From an uncultured Thermoleophilia bacterium (GTDB lineage: Bacteria; Actinomycetota; Thermoleophilia; UBA2241), in assembly GCA_963715985.1 (NCBI GenBank), contig CAVQSP010000014.1, forward strand, positions 736,001 to 800,000: 64,000 nt of DNA. The letters are read 5' to 3'. Each line of letters begins with the position of its first letter. Position 1 is the stretch's first letter. The position numbers were made by a program, and so were the translations under genes. The notes below the pieces were generated by a model that saw nothing but the letters and a program-made list of their open reading frames with translations, was not told the DNA's origin and did not search any database. Positions 21,675 through 33,165 of this stretch are shown here, piece by piece.

Positions 21675-24600
21675 CTAGCCCAAGGTCAAGGTCCAGTTAC
21701 GTTCACCGTGCCCGGGGCGAGGCCGTAGAGGCTCCAGGGGTCGCCGCTGGTGGCGCGGTAGTAGACGTAGACGCTGTAGCCGCTGCCCACGGGCAGGCCG
21801 CTCGAGGGCCACGCTGTCGGAGTAGGCGGCGGTGCCGTCGGCGGCCTTGACCTGGCCCACGTACCAGCTGTTGCCGGGGCTCACCACCCAGATGCTGAAC
21901 TGGGCGGGGGCGGAGACGTTGGCGTTGGTCGTCCAGTGCACGGTGAGCGCCTGGGCCTGCGTCCTGCTGGTGGTGCCCGCCGGCGGCTGGTCGACGGTGA
22001 TCGTGCTGAGGGCGCCGGCCGTCACGTTGACCGTGCCCGGGGCGAGGCCGTAGAGGCTCCAGGCGTCGCCGCTGCTGGCGCGGTAGTAGACGTAGACGCT
22101 GTAGCCGCTGCCCACGGGCAGGCCGCTCGAGGGCCACGCTGTCGGAGTAGGCGGCGGTGCCGTCGGCGGCTCTTGACCTGGCCCACGTACCAGCTGTTGC
22201 CGGGGCTCACCACCCAGGTGCTGAACTGGGCGGGGGCCGAGACGTTGGCGTTGGTCGTCCAGTGCACGGTGAGCGCCTGGGCCTGCGTCCTGCTGGTGGT
22301 GCCCGCCGGCGGCTGGTCGACGGTGATGCGTGCTGAGGGCGGCGGCCGTCACGTTGACCGTGCCCGGGGCGAGGCCGTAGAGGCTCCAGGGGTCGCCGCT
22401 GCTGGCGCGGTAGTAGACGTAGACGCTGGTAGCCGCTGCCGACGGGCACGCTCGAGGGGCACGCTGTCGGAGTAGGCGGCGGTGCCGTCGGCGGCCTTGA
22501 CCTGGCCCACGTACCAGCCGTTGCCGGGGCTCACCACCCAGATGCTGAACTGGGCCGGGGCCGGAGACGTTGGCGTTGGTCGTCCAGTGCACCGGCGAGC
22601 GCCTGGCCCTGCGTCCTGCTGGTGGTGCCCGTCGGCGGCTGGTCGACGGTGATCGTGTTGAGGGCGGCGGCCGTCACGTTGACCGTGCCCGGGGCGAGGC
22701 CGTAGAGGCTCCAGGGGTCGCCGCTCGTGGCGCGGTAGTAGACGTAGACGCTGTAGCCGCTGCCGACGGGCAGCGTCGAGGGCACGCTGTCGGAGTAGGC
22801 GGCGGTGCCGTCGGCGGCCTTGACCTTGCCCACGTACCAGCTGTTGCCGGGGCTCACCACCCAGATGCTGAACTGGGCCGGGGCCGGAGACGTTGGCGTT
22901 GGTCGTCCAGTGCACGGCGAGGGCCTCGCCCTGGGTCCTGCTGGTGGTGCCCGCGGGCGGCTGGTCGACGGTGATGCGTGCTGAGGGCGCCGGCCGTGAC
23001 GGTGAAGCTCGCCGCGCTCGTCCCGGTGCCGACGGGGGTGATGACGGCGATCGGGCCCGTGGTGGCGCCGGCAGGGACGGTCGCCGTGATCTGGGTCGCG
23101 GAATCCACGCTGAAGCTGGTCGCCTGCGTACCGTTGAAGGTGACGCTGGTGGCGCCCGTGAAATCGGTGCCCGGTGAGGAAGACCGAGGTGCCCACAGGG
23201 CCCGACGTCGGCGTGAAGCCAGTGACAGTGGGTGCCGGGGCGGCGGCGGGCCTGACGTACGCCTTCAGGCAGACGTTGGTGTTGCTGTAGATGGTCGTCA
23301 GGTCCGTCCAGCTCGATCCGGTCGAGCTCACGTAGCTCTGGCCGGCCGCCGCGGTGGCGTGCTGGAGTAGCCCGAGTACGGGTACTCGATCGGGATCGGG
23401 GAAGCTGTAGCCGGGCGTGGTGAGCTTCACCGCCACGACGAATTGCTGGCCCTGGGTCACCGCGACGGGGGACGGCAGCGGCACGGTGTGGTAGCCCATG
23501 TAGGGCAGCGTGCCGCTCGAGCGCAGCGTCTTCGTCGCCAGACTGGCGCCCGTGTAGACCTCATAGCTCGCGCCGGGGGTCGCCGTGTAGAAACCGACGG
23601 CGCCCAGCGAAGCGCTCCCTTGTGCAGTGAACACGTTGGCGAACCACCCGGTCGAGCTTGACGACAACCCCATGTTGGTCACGTTGCCGAGCGGGTCGTA
23701 CTGGTAGATGCCGGTGTAGTTGCCCGTCGATTCCGCGCCGTTGAACACCGCCATGACGCCCGCGCTGCCGAACTTCGTGTCGTAGTAGGAGACGTAGAAG
23801 TAGCCGCTGTCCCCCCACCCCGTGCCCCAGCTGTTCTTGACGAGGAAGGCGCCGTTGCCCGGAGGGGTCGTGACGAACTTGGTGGCAGCGTAGTTGTCGT
23901 CCCAGCCGACGATGAGGACTCCGTGGTTGGTGCTGGAGCTGCCGCTGTAGTAGTAGCTCTTCGTCGTGGAGTTGTACGCGGAGTCATACCAGCCCATCGC
24001 GACGTAGACGCCGCCGTACTGCATGACCGCGTTCTTGACGTTGTCGTTGTCGAGCGCATCGCCGCGGGCCGGGATCCAGTCGACTTCCTGCACGTGCTTG
24101 CTCGGGCTCAGGCCGGGCGGCGTGATGCCGTCGTTGTACCCGTCCTGGCTTTCGGTCACTGGGCCGCCCCAACGGACCAGGTAGGCGGTAGACATGTTGA
24201 CGTTGCCGCCGTGGTCGTACGGGTCGCCACCGCTGTCAAAGCCGCTCTGGAGGACCATGTTGTCCTCGGAGAAGTCCCACGTCTCACCGGGAAGGAGACA
24301 CGACTCGAGCGAGCCGCAGGACGCGAACGCCCAGCATGTGCCACGGGGGTTCTGGTTCTTCACCGACGTGACCCTGCCGAACGTGCGCAGGTCGTAGGTC
24401 GACGGCAATGGGCCGAAGGCGCGCACGCTTGATATGTGCATCCCCGTGGCATACGAGAAGTCCTGTGGACCCGGTATGTCGCCCAGGGCGTTGCCGACGT
24501 CCGCTCCCGGCTTCTCGCCCATCGGCGCACCGATGAGTGACGCCAGGAATGCCTGGTTCAGCGGCGCCACCGAGACATCGAGCGCGCCGCCGTCCGGAGG

Positions 24601-24705
24601 CGCAGTGCTGCCCGCGCCTGCCGGCACCGCGATGCCGACTGCCAGCAGCACAGAGCAGAGGCAAAGCACGATGACGAGGACGACATGATGGAGGGTGTGT
24701 CGCAT
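21675..24705 (-). CDS. Secreted C1A (papain-family) cysteine protease with lectin-like and IPT/TIG domains and 4 C-terminal repeat domains (frameshifted)
   Basis: Signal peptide; catalytic QNPRGTCWAF, NHGVLIVGWDD, KNSWG; IYQYDPLG lectin-like domain; PTVTGFTPTSGPVGTSV. Confidence 0.9.
21697..22999 (-). repeat. Four near-identical ~326-bp tandem repeats encoding the shared C-terminal domain
   Basis: accgtgcccggggcgaggccgtagaggctcc recurs near 21705, 22030, 22357 and 22682. Confidence 0.9.
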
Positions 24706-24895
24706 CGCGGTGCTCTCCTTCGCTCTGGCGACGGGCGCTTGGCCAAGTCCCCGCCCACTGGTCGGCAGCGAGTCGCGTCACCCGCGCTGAGCTTCGCGAC
24801 GCGCGAAGGTCGCGTTGCGCGAGCCCAGACGACACAGGCGGTCGCTCGGCGTGCCCAGCACCGTCCCGGGGCACGCACCGTTCCCTTCCCTCCTA

Positions 24896-24922
24896 TCATC
24901 GACGGGGCAGCGATTGACTTGA
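24896..24922 (-). promoter_or_regulatory. sigma-28-like promoter for the protease gene
   Basis: TCAA-N15-GTCGATGA on the minus strand. Confidence 0.45.
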
Positions 24923-25113
24923 GACCGACTGCGGTGCTGAGCGCGTGCAAGTGCTGCTCGCCCTGGCAACGCGCCCCCGATGCCGGCTACCGGCGGTCAG
25001 TCCACCTTCAAGGTCCTTCCGCACGTACCGAACACCGCGAAAGCGCCACTACCCGTCTTGGGCCGACTGCCGACGCAGACCCGGTGGGTCTTACCATCGA
25101 CGGCGAATGATGA

Positions 25114-25147
25114 AGAGGGCGCCGGGTCGTGAGACCCGGCGCCCTCT
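25114..25147. terminator. Intrinsic terminator hairpin downstream of the oxidase gene
   Basis: Perfect 15-bp stem agagggcgccgggtc-gtga-gacccggcgccctct, about 35 nt past the stop at 25183. Confidence 0.75.
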
Positions 25148-25182
25148 CAAGGCAGGTGTCCTCTGTCCTCAGAAGGGTGTTC

Positions 25183-28100
25183 TCAGAACACAGTGACCGT
25201 ACCTGGAGCTAAGCCGTAGATGCCCCAGGGGTCAGTGCTGATCGCACGGTAGTAGACGTAGATGCGGTAGCCGACGCCGATGGGGACGTTGAGGTTGACA
25301 CTCTTGTTCGGGTAGCTGTTGGTGCCATCCGCGGGGACGATCGTGCCCATGTACCAGCCGTTGGACTGGCTCACGACCCACATGCTGAACTCGCCTGGAG
25401 CGGAGACCGGGGCGTTCGTCGTCCAGGAGACTTGCAGTGCGCTACCTTGCGCCTGACTCACGACGCCGGTCGGGCTCGTCACTGAGATGGTGGTGAAGCC
25501 CGCCGTCACGTCGACAGTGCCGGGCGCCATGCCGTAGACGCCCCACGGGTCGGCGCTGCTCGCCCTGTAGTAGACGAAGATCCGGTAGCCTGTACCCGCT
25601 GGGACGTTCAGGTTCACGGTCTTGTTCGGGTAGCTGTTGGTGCCATCCGCGGGGACGATCGTGCCCATGTACCAGCCGTTGGACTGGCTCACGACCCACA
25701 TGCTGAACTCGCCTGGAGCGGAGACCGGGACGTTCGTCGTCCACGAGACCGACAGGCCGGAACCTTGCGCGAGAGTCTGAGTGCCGGTCGGGGCCGTCAC
25801 GGAGATGGTGTTCAAGACCGCCGTCACGTCGACCGTGCCGGACGCGATGCCGTAGATGCTCCACGGATCGGCACTGCTGGTCCGGTAGTAGACGAAGATA
25901 CGGTAGCCGGTGCCGGCGGGGACGTCGAGGTTGACGCTCTCGTTCGGGTAGTTGTTGGTGCCATTCGCGGGGACGATCTTGCCCACGTACCAGCCGTTGG
26001 CAGGGCTCACGACCCAGATGCTGAACTGGCCGGACGCTACAGCGCTGTTCGTGGTCCAGGTGACCGGCAAGGCGCTGTTCTGCGGCTGACTGGTAGTGCC
26101 GGTGGGAGCGGTGACGGTGATGGTGGCGAGGTTCGACTGGAACGTCGCGCTGATCGTATGGTTGCCAGTCGTCACGCTCGTGAACGTGTACGTACCTGTC
26201 GACACCGCGGTCGGATTGCTGACTCCGTCCACCAGCACCGTGGCACGGCTGTAGCCGGCGTTCGGCGTGATCGTGTAGGTCACGTTGCTGCCGATAGGCA
26301 CGGTCGTCACGCCGGGCGGTGTGACGCTGCCGCCGGTCCCCGCGGTCGCCGTGATGGTGGCCGTACCCCCCGTGAACGTCGCGCTGATCGAGTGTACCGC
26401 CTGCACGTTGGTGAACGTGTAGGTGCCGGACGTCACCGCGGCCGGCTGGTTGACGGTGTCCACGACCACGGTGGCGATGCGGTAGCCGGCGTTCGGCGTG
26501 ATCGTGAAGGTCTGACTCCCGCCCCTGCCCACGGCCACTGCGCCGGACGGCGTGATGGTGCCGTTGGCGCCGGCACGTCGCCGTGATCGTGAACTGAGGG
26601 CCGGTGATGGCTGTGTTGGACGTCGACTGCACGGTCATGCTCGGGAACTGCAGCCCGTAGCCGACCGTGTTCTGGGCGATGACGCGGTAGTACCGCGTCG
26701 TGGTGGTCGGATTGAAGGTAGACGGATCGGTGAACGTCCGCGCCTGGTGGATGTTCGGCGAGCTCAGCGGCACCTGGATGGTGGTGACGTTGGTCCACGT
26801 GCTGCCGAGGTTGGCCGAGCGCTGCACCACCCATGCGGTCTCGGTGATGGAGTTGTCGTTCCAGTTCAGCACGGCCCTGCGGTTGGACCCACCCGCGGCC
26901 TGCAGCGCGATCAGTGAGCCCGCTCGGCGCGACCGGCGGCAGCGCCAGCGTCTGCGGCCGCATCATGTCCATCTCTTCATGGCTCAGGATGTGGCAGTGC
27001 CAGACGTAGCCCCAGCCGAAGTTGACCAGCACGTTGGTGATCGGGTTGGTCGGGTTGCCCTGCGGATCGATGTTATTGAACTGCGTGGTGGCACCGGTCG
27101 GCATGGCGGGGTTCATGTTGCGGATCGAGTTGGGCACCTCCCACGGGATCTGGGGCACGATCGGGCGCAGGGCGACGATCGTGTCCTCCAGCGGGCTGAT
27201 GCGCACCGTCTCCTTCCAGCCGAGCTCGCCCGGCTCCGTGGGGATGACGATGTTGTCCCAGGTGACCCGGTTCAGGATCTGGACGTCGTAGAGGTGGAAG
27301 TGGATGGGGTGCGTGTCGACGCCGTTGTGGGTGATGCGCCAGATCTGCGTGCCGTCGTTGGCGTCGGTCATCGGCGTGATCTTGACGTCGCTCACGGGAT
27401 TGCCGTTGGTGTCGTAGGTGACGGCGTTCTTGGGCAGCATGGTCCCGTTGATGAGCTCAGTGGTCGGGTTCACGAACGGGTACAGGGTCACGTTCTGCTG
27501 ACCCGCGTTCGGCGGCTGCGCCTCCACGCCCAGGTTGGCCTGCATGCGGCCGAACTCGTCGAAGGTGGACGAGTTCATCTCGTCGTGGATGGCCTTGGGC
27601 TGCAGCGGCATCGTGGTCTTGACGGCCGGCTTGCTGAGCGTGTTGAAGCCGAAGGACATGGTGTCGTTGACGCGCACGAAGCCGTCGCAGACCGTGAACC
27701 CGGGGTTCGGGGCGTTGGGGATGGGGCTGCAGTTGCTGCTCGCGGCGAAGCTGGTGCCGTAGGCCGAGTTGTAGGCGGCCTGGCCGACGATGATGGGGTG
27801 CTGGCTGGCCTCGAACACGCCGCTGCCGTTGGACTTGTGGAGGAAGGCGTTCCTCAGCTTGGTCAGGTTGAAGGCCGCGGCCGGGGTCCCGGCGATCTTC
27901 ACCTGCATGACGGTGCGGGTGTTGGGGCCGTAGCCGGGCAGGATCGTAGGGCGCGCCGACCGGGCTCAGGTCGGGGCCGCCGGTGTAGTAGTCGTAGCTC
28001 GGCACGCGGGCCGGGAACGCGGCCGGCGCGTCGTTGTAGAGGATGAGGGTCTTGCCCGCGAACTGCGAGAAGTCGACGATCACGTCGGCCCGCTCGGCGG

Positions 28101-30812
28101 GAGCCCAGCAGCAATGAGTGCAGGTCCACGTTGCCGACGTCGAAGCGCGTCGGGTCGGTGATCCAGGTGGTCTCCTGCTGGCCGTCCACGACCGTCGGGG
28201 CCGGCAGGAAGCCGCCCTCGCTGCCGATCTGGATCCAGTCAGGGCCGCTGGTCGAGGCGTTGTGCACCGGCGTCGGGAAGACGACCGGGTCGGTCTGGGC
28301 CTGCGCCAGCAGGGTCGGGTCGAGCGCGACCTCGGTGCCGCCGATAGGCTGACCGGCCGCGTTGAGAGCGGTGCTCGCGGTGGTGGGATCGGCCACGTAC
28401 CACTGGAAGTTGAAGAAGCGGTCGTTGGCCGCGTTGAGCACGCGGAAGCGGTAGGTCTTCGGCTGCAGCGTGACCGTCGGGTAGGCGATGCCGTTGACGA
28501 TGGGCGTGTCGTTGAACTGCTCCATGCCGGCCGAGATGTTGGGCGTGCCGGGGATGGTGGCCGGTTCGCAGAACGGGTCTACCTGGTACGTCCACGTGGA
28601 GGGGACGTCGACCTTGCAGTTGGCGTCGAAGAAGGGGTTCGCGATAGGCCCGTACTTGGTGCCCGCCGCCGGCGGCCAGAACCACGGGCCGTACATCCAG
28701 CGTCCGTAGGCGCTCATGCCGCCGGCATCACCGGGGTTCTGCGCCGGCATGTACACGTGGTGGTACCAGAAGTCGCCGTAGTCGCCCCACTTGGTCTTGT
28801 CCCAGGTCGGGTCCTGACCGTAGGAGACGGTGGTGGTGCCTTCGACCTGGTCGTAGAGCTGCGAGTCCTGCGGCACGAAGGTGCGGTCCTGGACGACGAG
28901 CGGGATGGTGTCCGCCGCGCCGGGGATCGTGCCGGTGCTGATGAGCTCCTTCTCCTTGTCGTCGGTGATGAGGTAGCCGGCAGCCTCACCGACGTACACG
29001 TTGAGCCTGGTGATGCCCCACGCGTGGTCGTGGTAGAAGAGCAGCCGGGCGCTCTGCTGGTTGGTGTAGTAGAAGGTCTGGACGCCGTCCGTGGGGGAGT
29101 TGTACCCGGGCATGTCGGGCACGTTCTGGACGTCGACGCCCTGCGGCCAGGCGGTGGTCTCGTTGGCCGGCGTGATCCACTGGTGCGGCGTGCCGTCGCT
29201 GATCCACGGCGTGGTGCCGCCGTGCAGATGCAGGGTGGCGCGGTTCTGCCTGAAGCACCGCGGGTCCTGCGGAGTGTCCGTGCACACGGGGTTGCGCACT
29301 TCGTCCATCACGGTGCCGTTGTTGACCGGCGCCGGCATGGCGACGGGGCCGTCGCCGGTACCCATCAGGGTGCTGTCGGTCGGGAGGAAGAGGTCGCCGG
29401 CCACGCCGGTCGGGAGCAGGTTACGGAAGACGATGCGCACCGGCTTGTCCTTGGTGGCCGCGATGATCGGGCCCAGCCACTGCGGCGGGGTGACGCCGTA
29501 CGCCTGGACCCCACCGATCAGCACGTTGTGGAAGGTGCCGTCCTGCCACTCGTTGACCAGCGGGAAGAGGGCGCCGTGAGCCGGGTGAGCGGCCTGCCAC
29601 GCCGGTGTCGCGATCTGCACGTAGCCGCGCACGAGCGCCCCTCCGGGCATGCTGGAGGAGAAGAGCGAGCGGTACTGCACGACGCCGATCACGTACTCGT
29701 CGGCCATGATGGGCTTGTTGCCGTTGCTGGGGTCTGGGTAGGCCTTCTGCTCCGGCACTGCGAGCGGGATGGCCTTGGAGGCGATGTTGGTGGCCCAGTC
29801 GGCGGGGCAGCTGCCGGGCGTCATGGGGTCGCAGAGCCCGGGCAGGGGATCCACGAACTTCTTGATGCCTCCGCCGCTGAGGTAGCCCGTGCCGCCGGCG
29901 GTGACGTTGATGGCCGTGACGCCGCCGGTGCCGATGGCCGCCGTGGCGGTGGCGCCGGAGCCGCTACCGACGGAGTCGAAGATGTTCACCGTCGGGGCCG
30001 ACGTGTAGCCGGCGCCGAAGGTGTCGAGCACGATGCTCGTGACGCTCAGCGTGCAGGTGGCCGAGGCGCCGGACCCGCCGTTGGCGATGGGGTCCATGAG
30101 CGTGCCGTCGCGGATGACCATGTGGGGAGCAGTGGCGTAGCCGGAGCCGGGGTTGATGATGTCGAGCGACGCGATGGAGCCCCCGGTGCCGAGGTTGGCC
30201 TTCACGACGGCCTGGACCCCGTTGGGGTCGTCCGGCATGTCGATGTCGACCGTCGGCAGCGTGTAGCCGCTGCCGGCGTTGGCGAGGGTGACCGCGTTGA
30301 CGCTGCCGTACGCGCTGGCAGTCGCCGCGGTGGTGGCGCCGCCGCCCGTGAGAGAGACCATGGGGCTCTTGTACCCGGAGCCGTTGGCGCCCACGGTGAT
30401 GCCGGTGACGGCGCCGCTGGAGGTGACCACGGCCGTGGCGGCGGCGCCGGTGCCCGGCGCGCCGGTGATGATGACCGAGGTCGTGCCGGCAGTGTAGCCG
30501 GCGCCGGGAGTGATGACCGAGATGCCGGTGACGGCTCCGTTGCCGTCGACCGTCGCCACAGCCGTGGCGCCCGTGCCGCCACCCGTGCTCGTCACTTCTA
30601 CCGAAGCGTTGGGCAGCGTCAGCGGGCTCAGGGCCCAGTTGGGCCACGGACCGAAGTAGTGGGGGACCTTGGTGTTGTCCGGTCGGGGAGCTCGGGGCGG
30701 CCTTGCCCTGACTCATCTGGATCATGAACAAGGCTGTGAGCAAGGCCACGACCACAAACACGATGATGCTGGCCTTGCCCAGCGTCATGCGCCTGATCAC
30801 TCTGGTACTCAT
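25183..30812 (-). CDS. Giant secreted multicopper oxidase (MofA/OmpB-like) with Gly/Thr repeat insertion, FN3, InlB-like domains and 3 C-terminal repeat domains (frameshifted)
   Basis: Four Cu motifs: TLHLHGG, LFYHDHAWG, HPIHFHL, WHCHILSHEEMDMM; N-terminal hydrophobic signal; joins ORFs 27899-30595, 26433-27908 and 25183-26538. Confidence 0.88.
25186..26125 (-). repeat. Three tandem ~105-aa copies of the shared C-terminal domain
   Basis: I(T/S)VT(A/S)PTG...WTTN...FS(I/M)WVVS..NGWY.G.IVPA.GTN.YPN..VNL.VP.G.GYRI.VYYR....PW..YG.A.GTV repeated three times. Confidence 0.9.
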
Positions 30813-30994
30813 GGAACCCCCTTCGTGCGACGTGACTCGTCGCTCCCTGACGCCCACTCTGCCATACGACTCTCGGGGTCCCGAACCCCTTGGCGGGACC
30901 TCTGTTTCTCTGTCTGCCGGGCAAGACGGTGCACCGGCGGCCGGTTTGAGTGCATCATCGCCCGCTTCAACACGGGCGGAATAGCGCACTTGTA

Positions 30995-31028
30995 CCAGTC
31001 TTCACCTAGATGAAAGGCATAGGTTTAG
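30995..31028. promoter_or_regulatory. Candidate response-regulator operator (copy 1), upstream of the oxidase
   Basis: ccagtcttcacctagatgaaaggcataggtttag; 25/34 identical to 36449-36482; core CCTA-N11-TAGG. Confidence 0.5.
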
Positions 31029-31107
31029 TGGGCTGCGGGCTGCAAAAGGCCCTGCCACCCCGCGGTCGGCGGGACCGCCCGCCCCTCCGGACGACGGTGC
31101 GACCGCG

Positions 31108-31815
31108 TCAGTCAGAGGTGCTCGGGGCCCGGTGCAACGTGTCCTCACGCACCGTGCCGTCGGCCATCTCCAGGTGGCGCGTGCCGAAGGTGACGAGGTG
31201 CCGGGCGTGCGTGACCATGAGGACGGTCAGGGCCTGCTCGGCGTGGATGCGGCGGAAGATCTCCATGATCTCCGCCTCGGTCTCCTCGTCCAGGTCGCTG
31301 CTGGGCTCGTCGGCCAGCAGGAGCTCCGGCCGGTTGATGAGGGCGCGGGCGATGACGACGCGCTGCTGCTGCCCGGCCGAGAGCTCGCGCGGCAGCGCCT
31401 TCGCGCGGTGCCCGAGGCCGACCATGTCCAGCAGCTCGCGGGCCCGCGCCCGGGCATCGGCGTGCTCCTCGCGGCTGAACTCCAGCGGCAGCGTGACGTT
31501 CTGCTCCAGCGAGAGCCCGGGGATGAGGCTCGGGAACTGGAAGACGAAGCCCATGGTGCGGTTGCGCAGGCTGCTGCGCTCGGCGTCGCTGATGTGCCAG
31601 ATGTCGACGCCGTCGACGGTCACCGTCCCGCTGGTCGGCGTCGCGAGGCCGGCGACGACGTTGAGCAGCGTGGTCTTGCCGCAGCCCGATCGCCCCGTGA
31701 TGACGAGGAACTCGCTGGTCTCGATGTCGAGGTCCACGTCGCGTAGCGCGGCGAAGGTCGCGGCCTTGTCGCCGCCGTACGCCTTGCCCACCCCCCGCAG
31801 TGACACAGCCGACAT
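31108..31815 (-). CDS. ABC transporter ATP-binding protein (LolD/MacB type)
   Basis: GRSGCGKTT, LSAGQQQRVVIARAL, LLADEP, VTH. Confidence 0.92.
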   Translation of the reverse strand: MSAVSLRGVGKAYGGDKAATFAALRDVDLDIETSEFLVITGRSGCGKTTLLNVVAGLATPTSGTVTVDGVDIWHISDAERSSLRNRTMGFVFQFPSLIPGLSLEQNVTLPLEFSREEHADARARARELLDMVGLGHRAKALPRELSAGQQQRVVIARALINRPELLLADEPSSDLDEETEAEIMEIFRRIHAEQALTVLMVTHARHLVTFGTRHLEMADGTVREDTLHRAPSTSD

Positions 31816-31820
31816 GGCCC

Positions 31821-33076
31821 TCACTCCCTCATCGAGACGGCCGGCTCCTGGCGCGACGCGCGCAGCGCCGGCACGAACGCCGCCACCGCGGCCACGGCCA
31901 GGGCGATCAGCAGGCCGGCGACGACCAGCCCGAGCAGGCTGACGAGCGACGGCAACAGGATCGGGAAGCCGAGCGCCGAGACGAGCAGGTTGCGGAACAG
32001 GTACATGGCGACGGCGGCCAGGATGGCGCCGGCGAGGCCGCCGGCCAGCGCCAGCAGGGCGGCCTCGGTCATGTACGCGGAGAGCACGAAGCGCTGGGTG
32101 GCGCCGAGCGCCCGCAGCACGCCGATCTGCCGGCCCCGGTCGTGGACCGACATCCAGAACACGACCGCCATGAGGGCCAGCGAGAGCACGACGGTGAGGG
32201 CGACGATCACGACCAGCGTGCGCAGCACGCCCGAGATCTGGGAGCCGTACGAGCCGAACATCTCGGCGGCCGGCACCGCCTGCGCCTCGGGCACGGCCGC
32301 CGTGATGGCCTTGGCGACCTCGCTGCGGTCGGCGCCGGGATCGACCTTGACCAGCACCGACGACACGGTGTCCCGGAGCACGGGGAGCGCCATCTTGGCC
32401 TTGGTCTGCGAGGCCGCCGCCATGGCGTCGGCGGTCGGGAACGTCATGAAGAGGGTCTGGTCGAGGTTGGTGCCCGTCGGCTCGAGGTTGCCGACGAGGT
32501 CGAAGTCGTAGCCGTACAGCTTGATCTTGTCCTGACCGGCGGGCACGAAGACGTCCGAGCCGCCGATCGCCTGGCCCTCCTCGAGGTCGTGGCCGAGCTT
32601 GTCCCGGAGCCACGGCTCGATGGTGAAGTCGGTGACCGGGTCGAAGGCGAACATGAACATCAGCGACACCGAACAGCACGAGGAGTTGGCCATCGAGGTG
32701 AGGTAGAGCTGCGGAGAGGCGGTGGCCACGCCGGGCACCGCCGCGACGCTGTCCACCACACCGCGCGGCATGTAGGTGTTGGTCGCGTTGCCGAGCAGCA
32801 GCGCTCCCTCGACGCCGGTCACGGAGCCGCGCGGCACGACCACCACGTCCGCCCCCAGCCGCTCCCGGGCCAGCCGCAGGCTCTCTTCGCCGCCGCGCGA
32901 GATGATCACCGTGCACAGGACCATGCCGGCGACGAGCAGGGCACACCCGCCGACGAGCCAGCTGCGCAGGGGGTTGCTGGTGATGCCCGTGAGGGCGAGC
33001 CTGATGAGCCCGGGAGGCCTCAGATCGACCGCCTCCGCGAGCGGGCGAAGTGCCCGGTGATGACTGCCGCAGCCAT
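31821..33076 (-). CDS. ABC transporter permease (FtsX/MacB type); start approximate
   Basis: NPLRSWL TM1, large extracellular loop containing SSCCS, RGRQIGVLRALGA, PALRASRQEP. Confidence 0.88.
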
Positions 33077-33136
33077 GGCTGACGCCCCCTTGCGCACGTG
33101 CGGGCTCCACCGACGCCGGAGCCCGCTGAGGTCCTG

Positions 33137-33165
33137 ATTGTATGGTACCGTTTTGAGCCCGTCCA
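33137..33165 (-). promoter_or_regulatory. sigma70-like promoter for the ABC operon
   Basis: TGGACG-N17-TACAAT on the minus strand. Confidence 0.5.

Noticed and set aside
21697-22999. Tandem repeats as a possible CRISPR array or DGR template/variable repeat
   Set aside because: Units are ~326-bp coding domains with no spacers, no cas or reverse transcriptase gene and no evident adenine-specific variation
30813-30960. Possible riboswitch in the oxidase leader (ggtcccg...cgggacc hairpin)
   Set aside because: No recognisable Mn (yybP-ykoY), c-di-GMP or cobalamin consensus by eye; an Rfam scan would be needed
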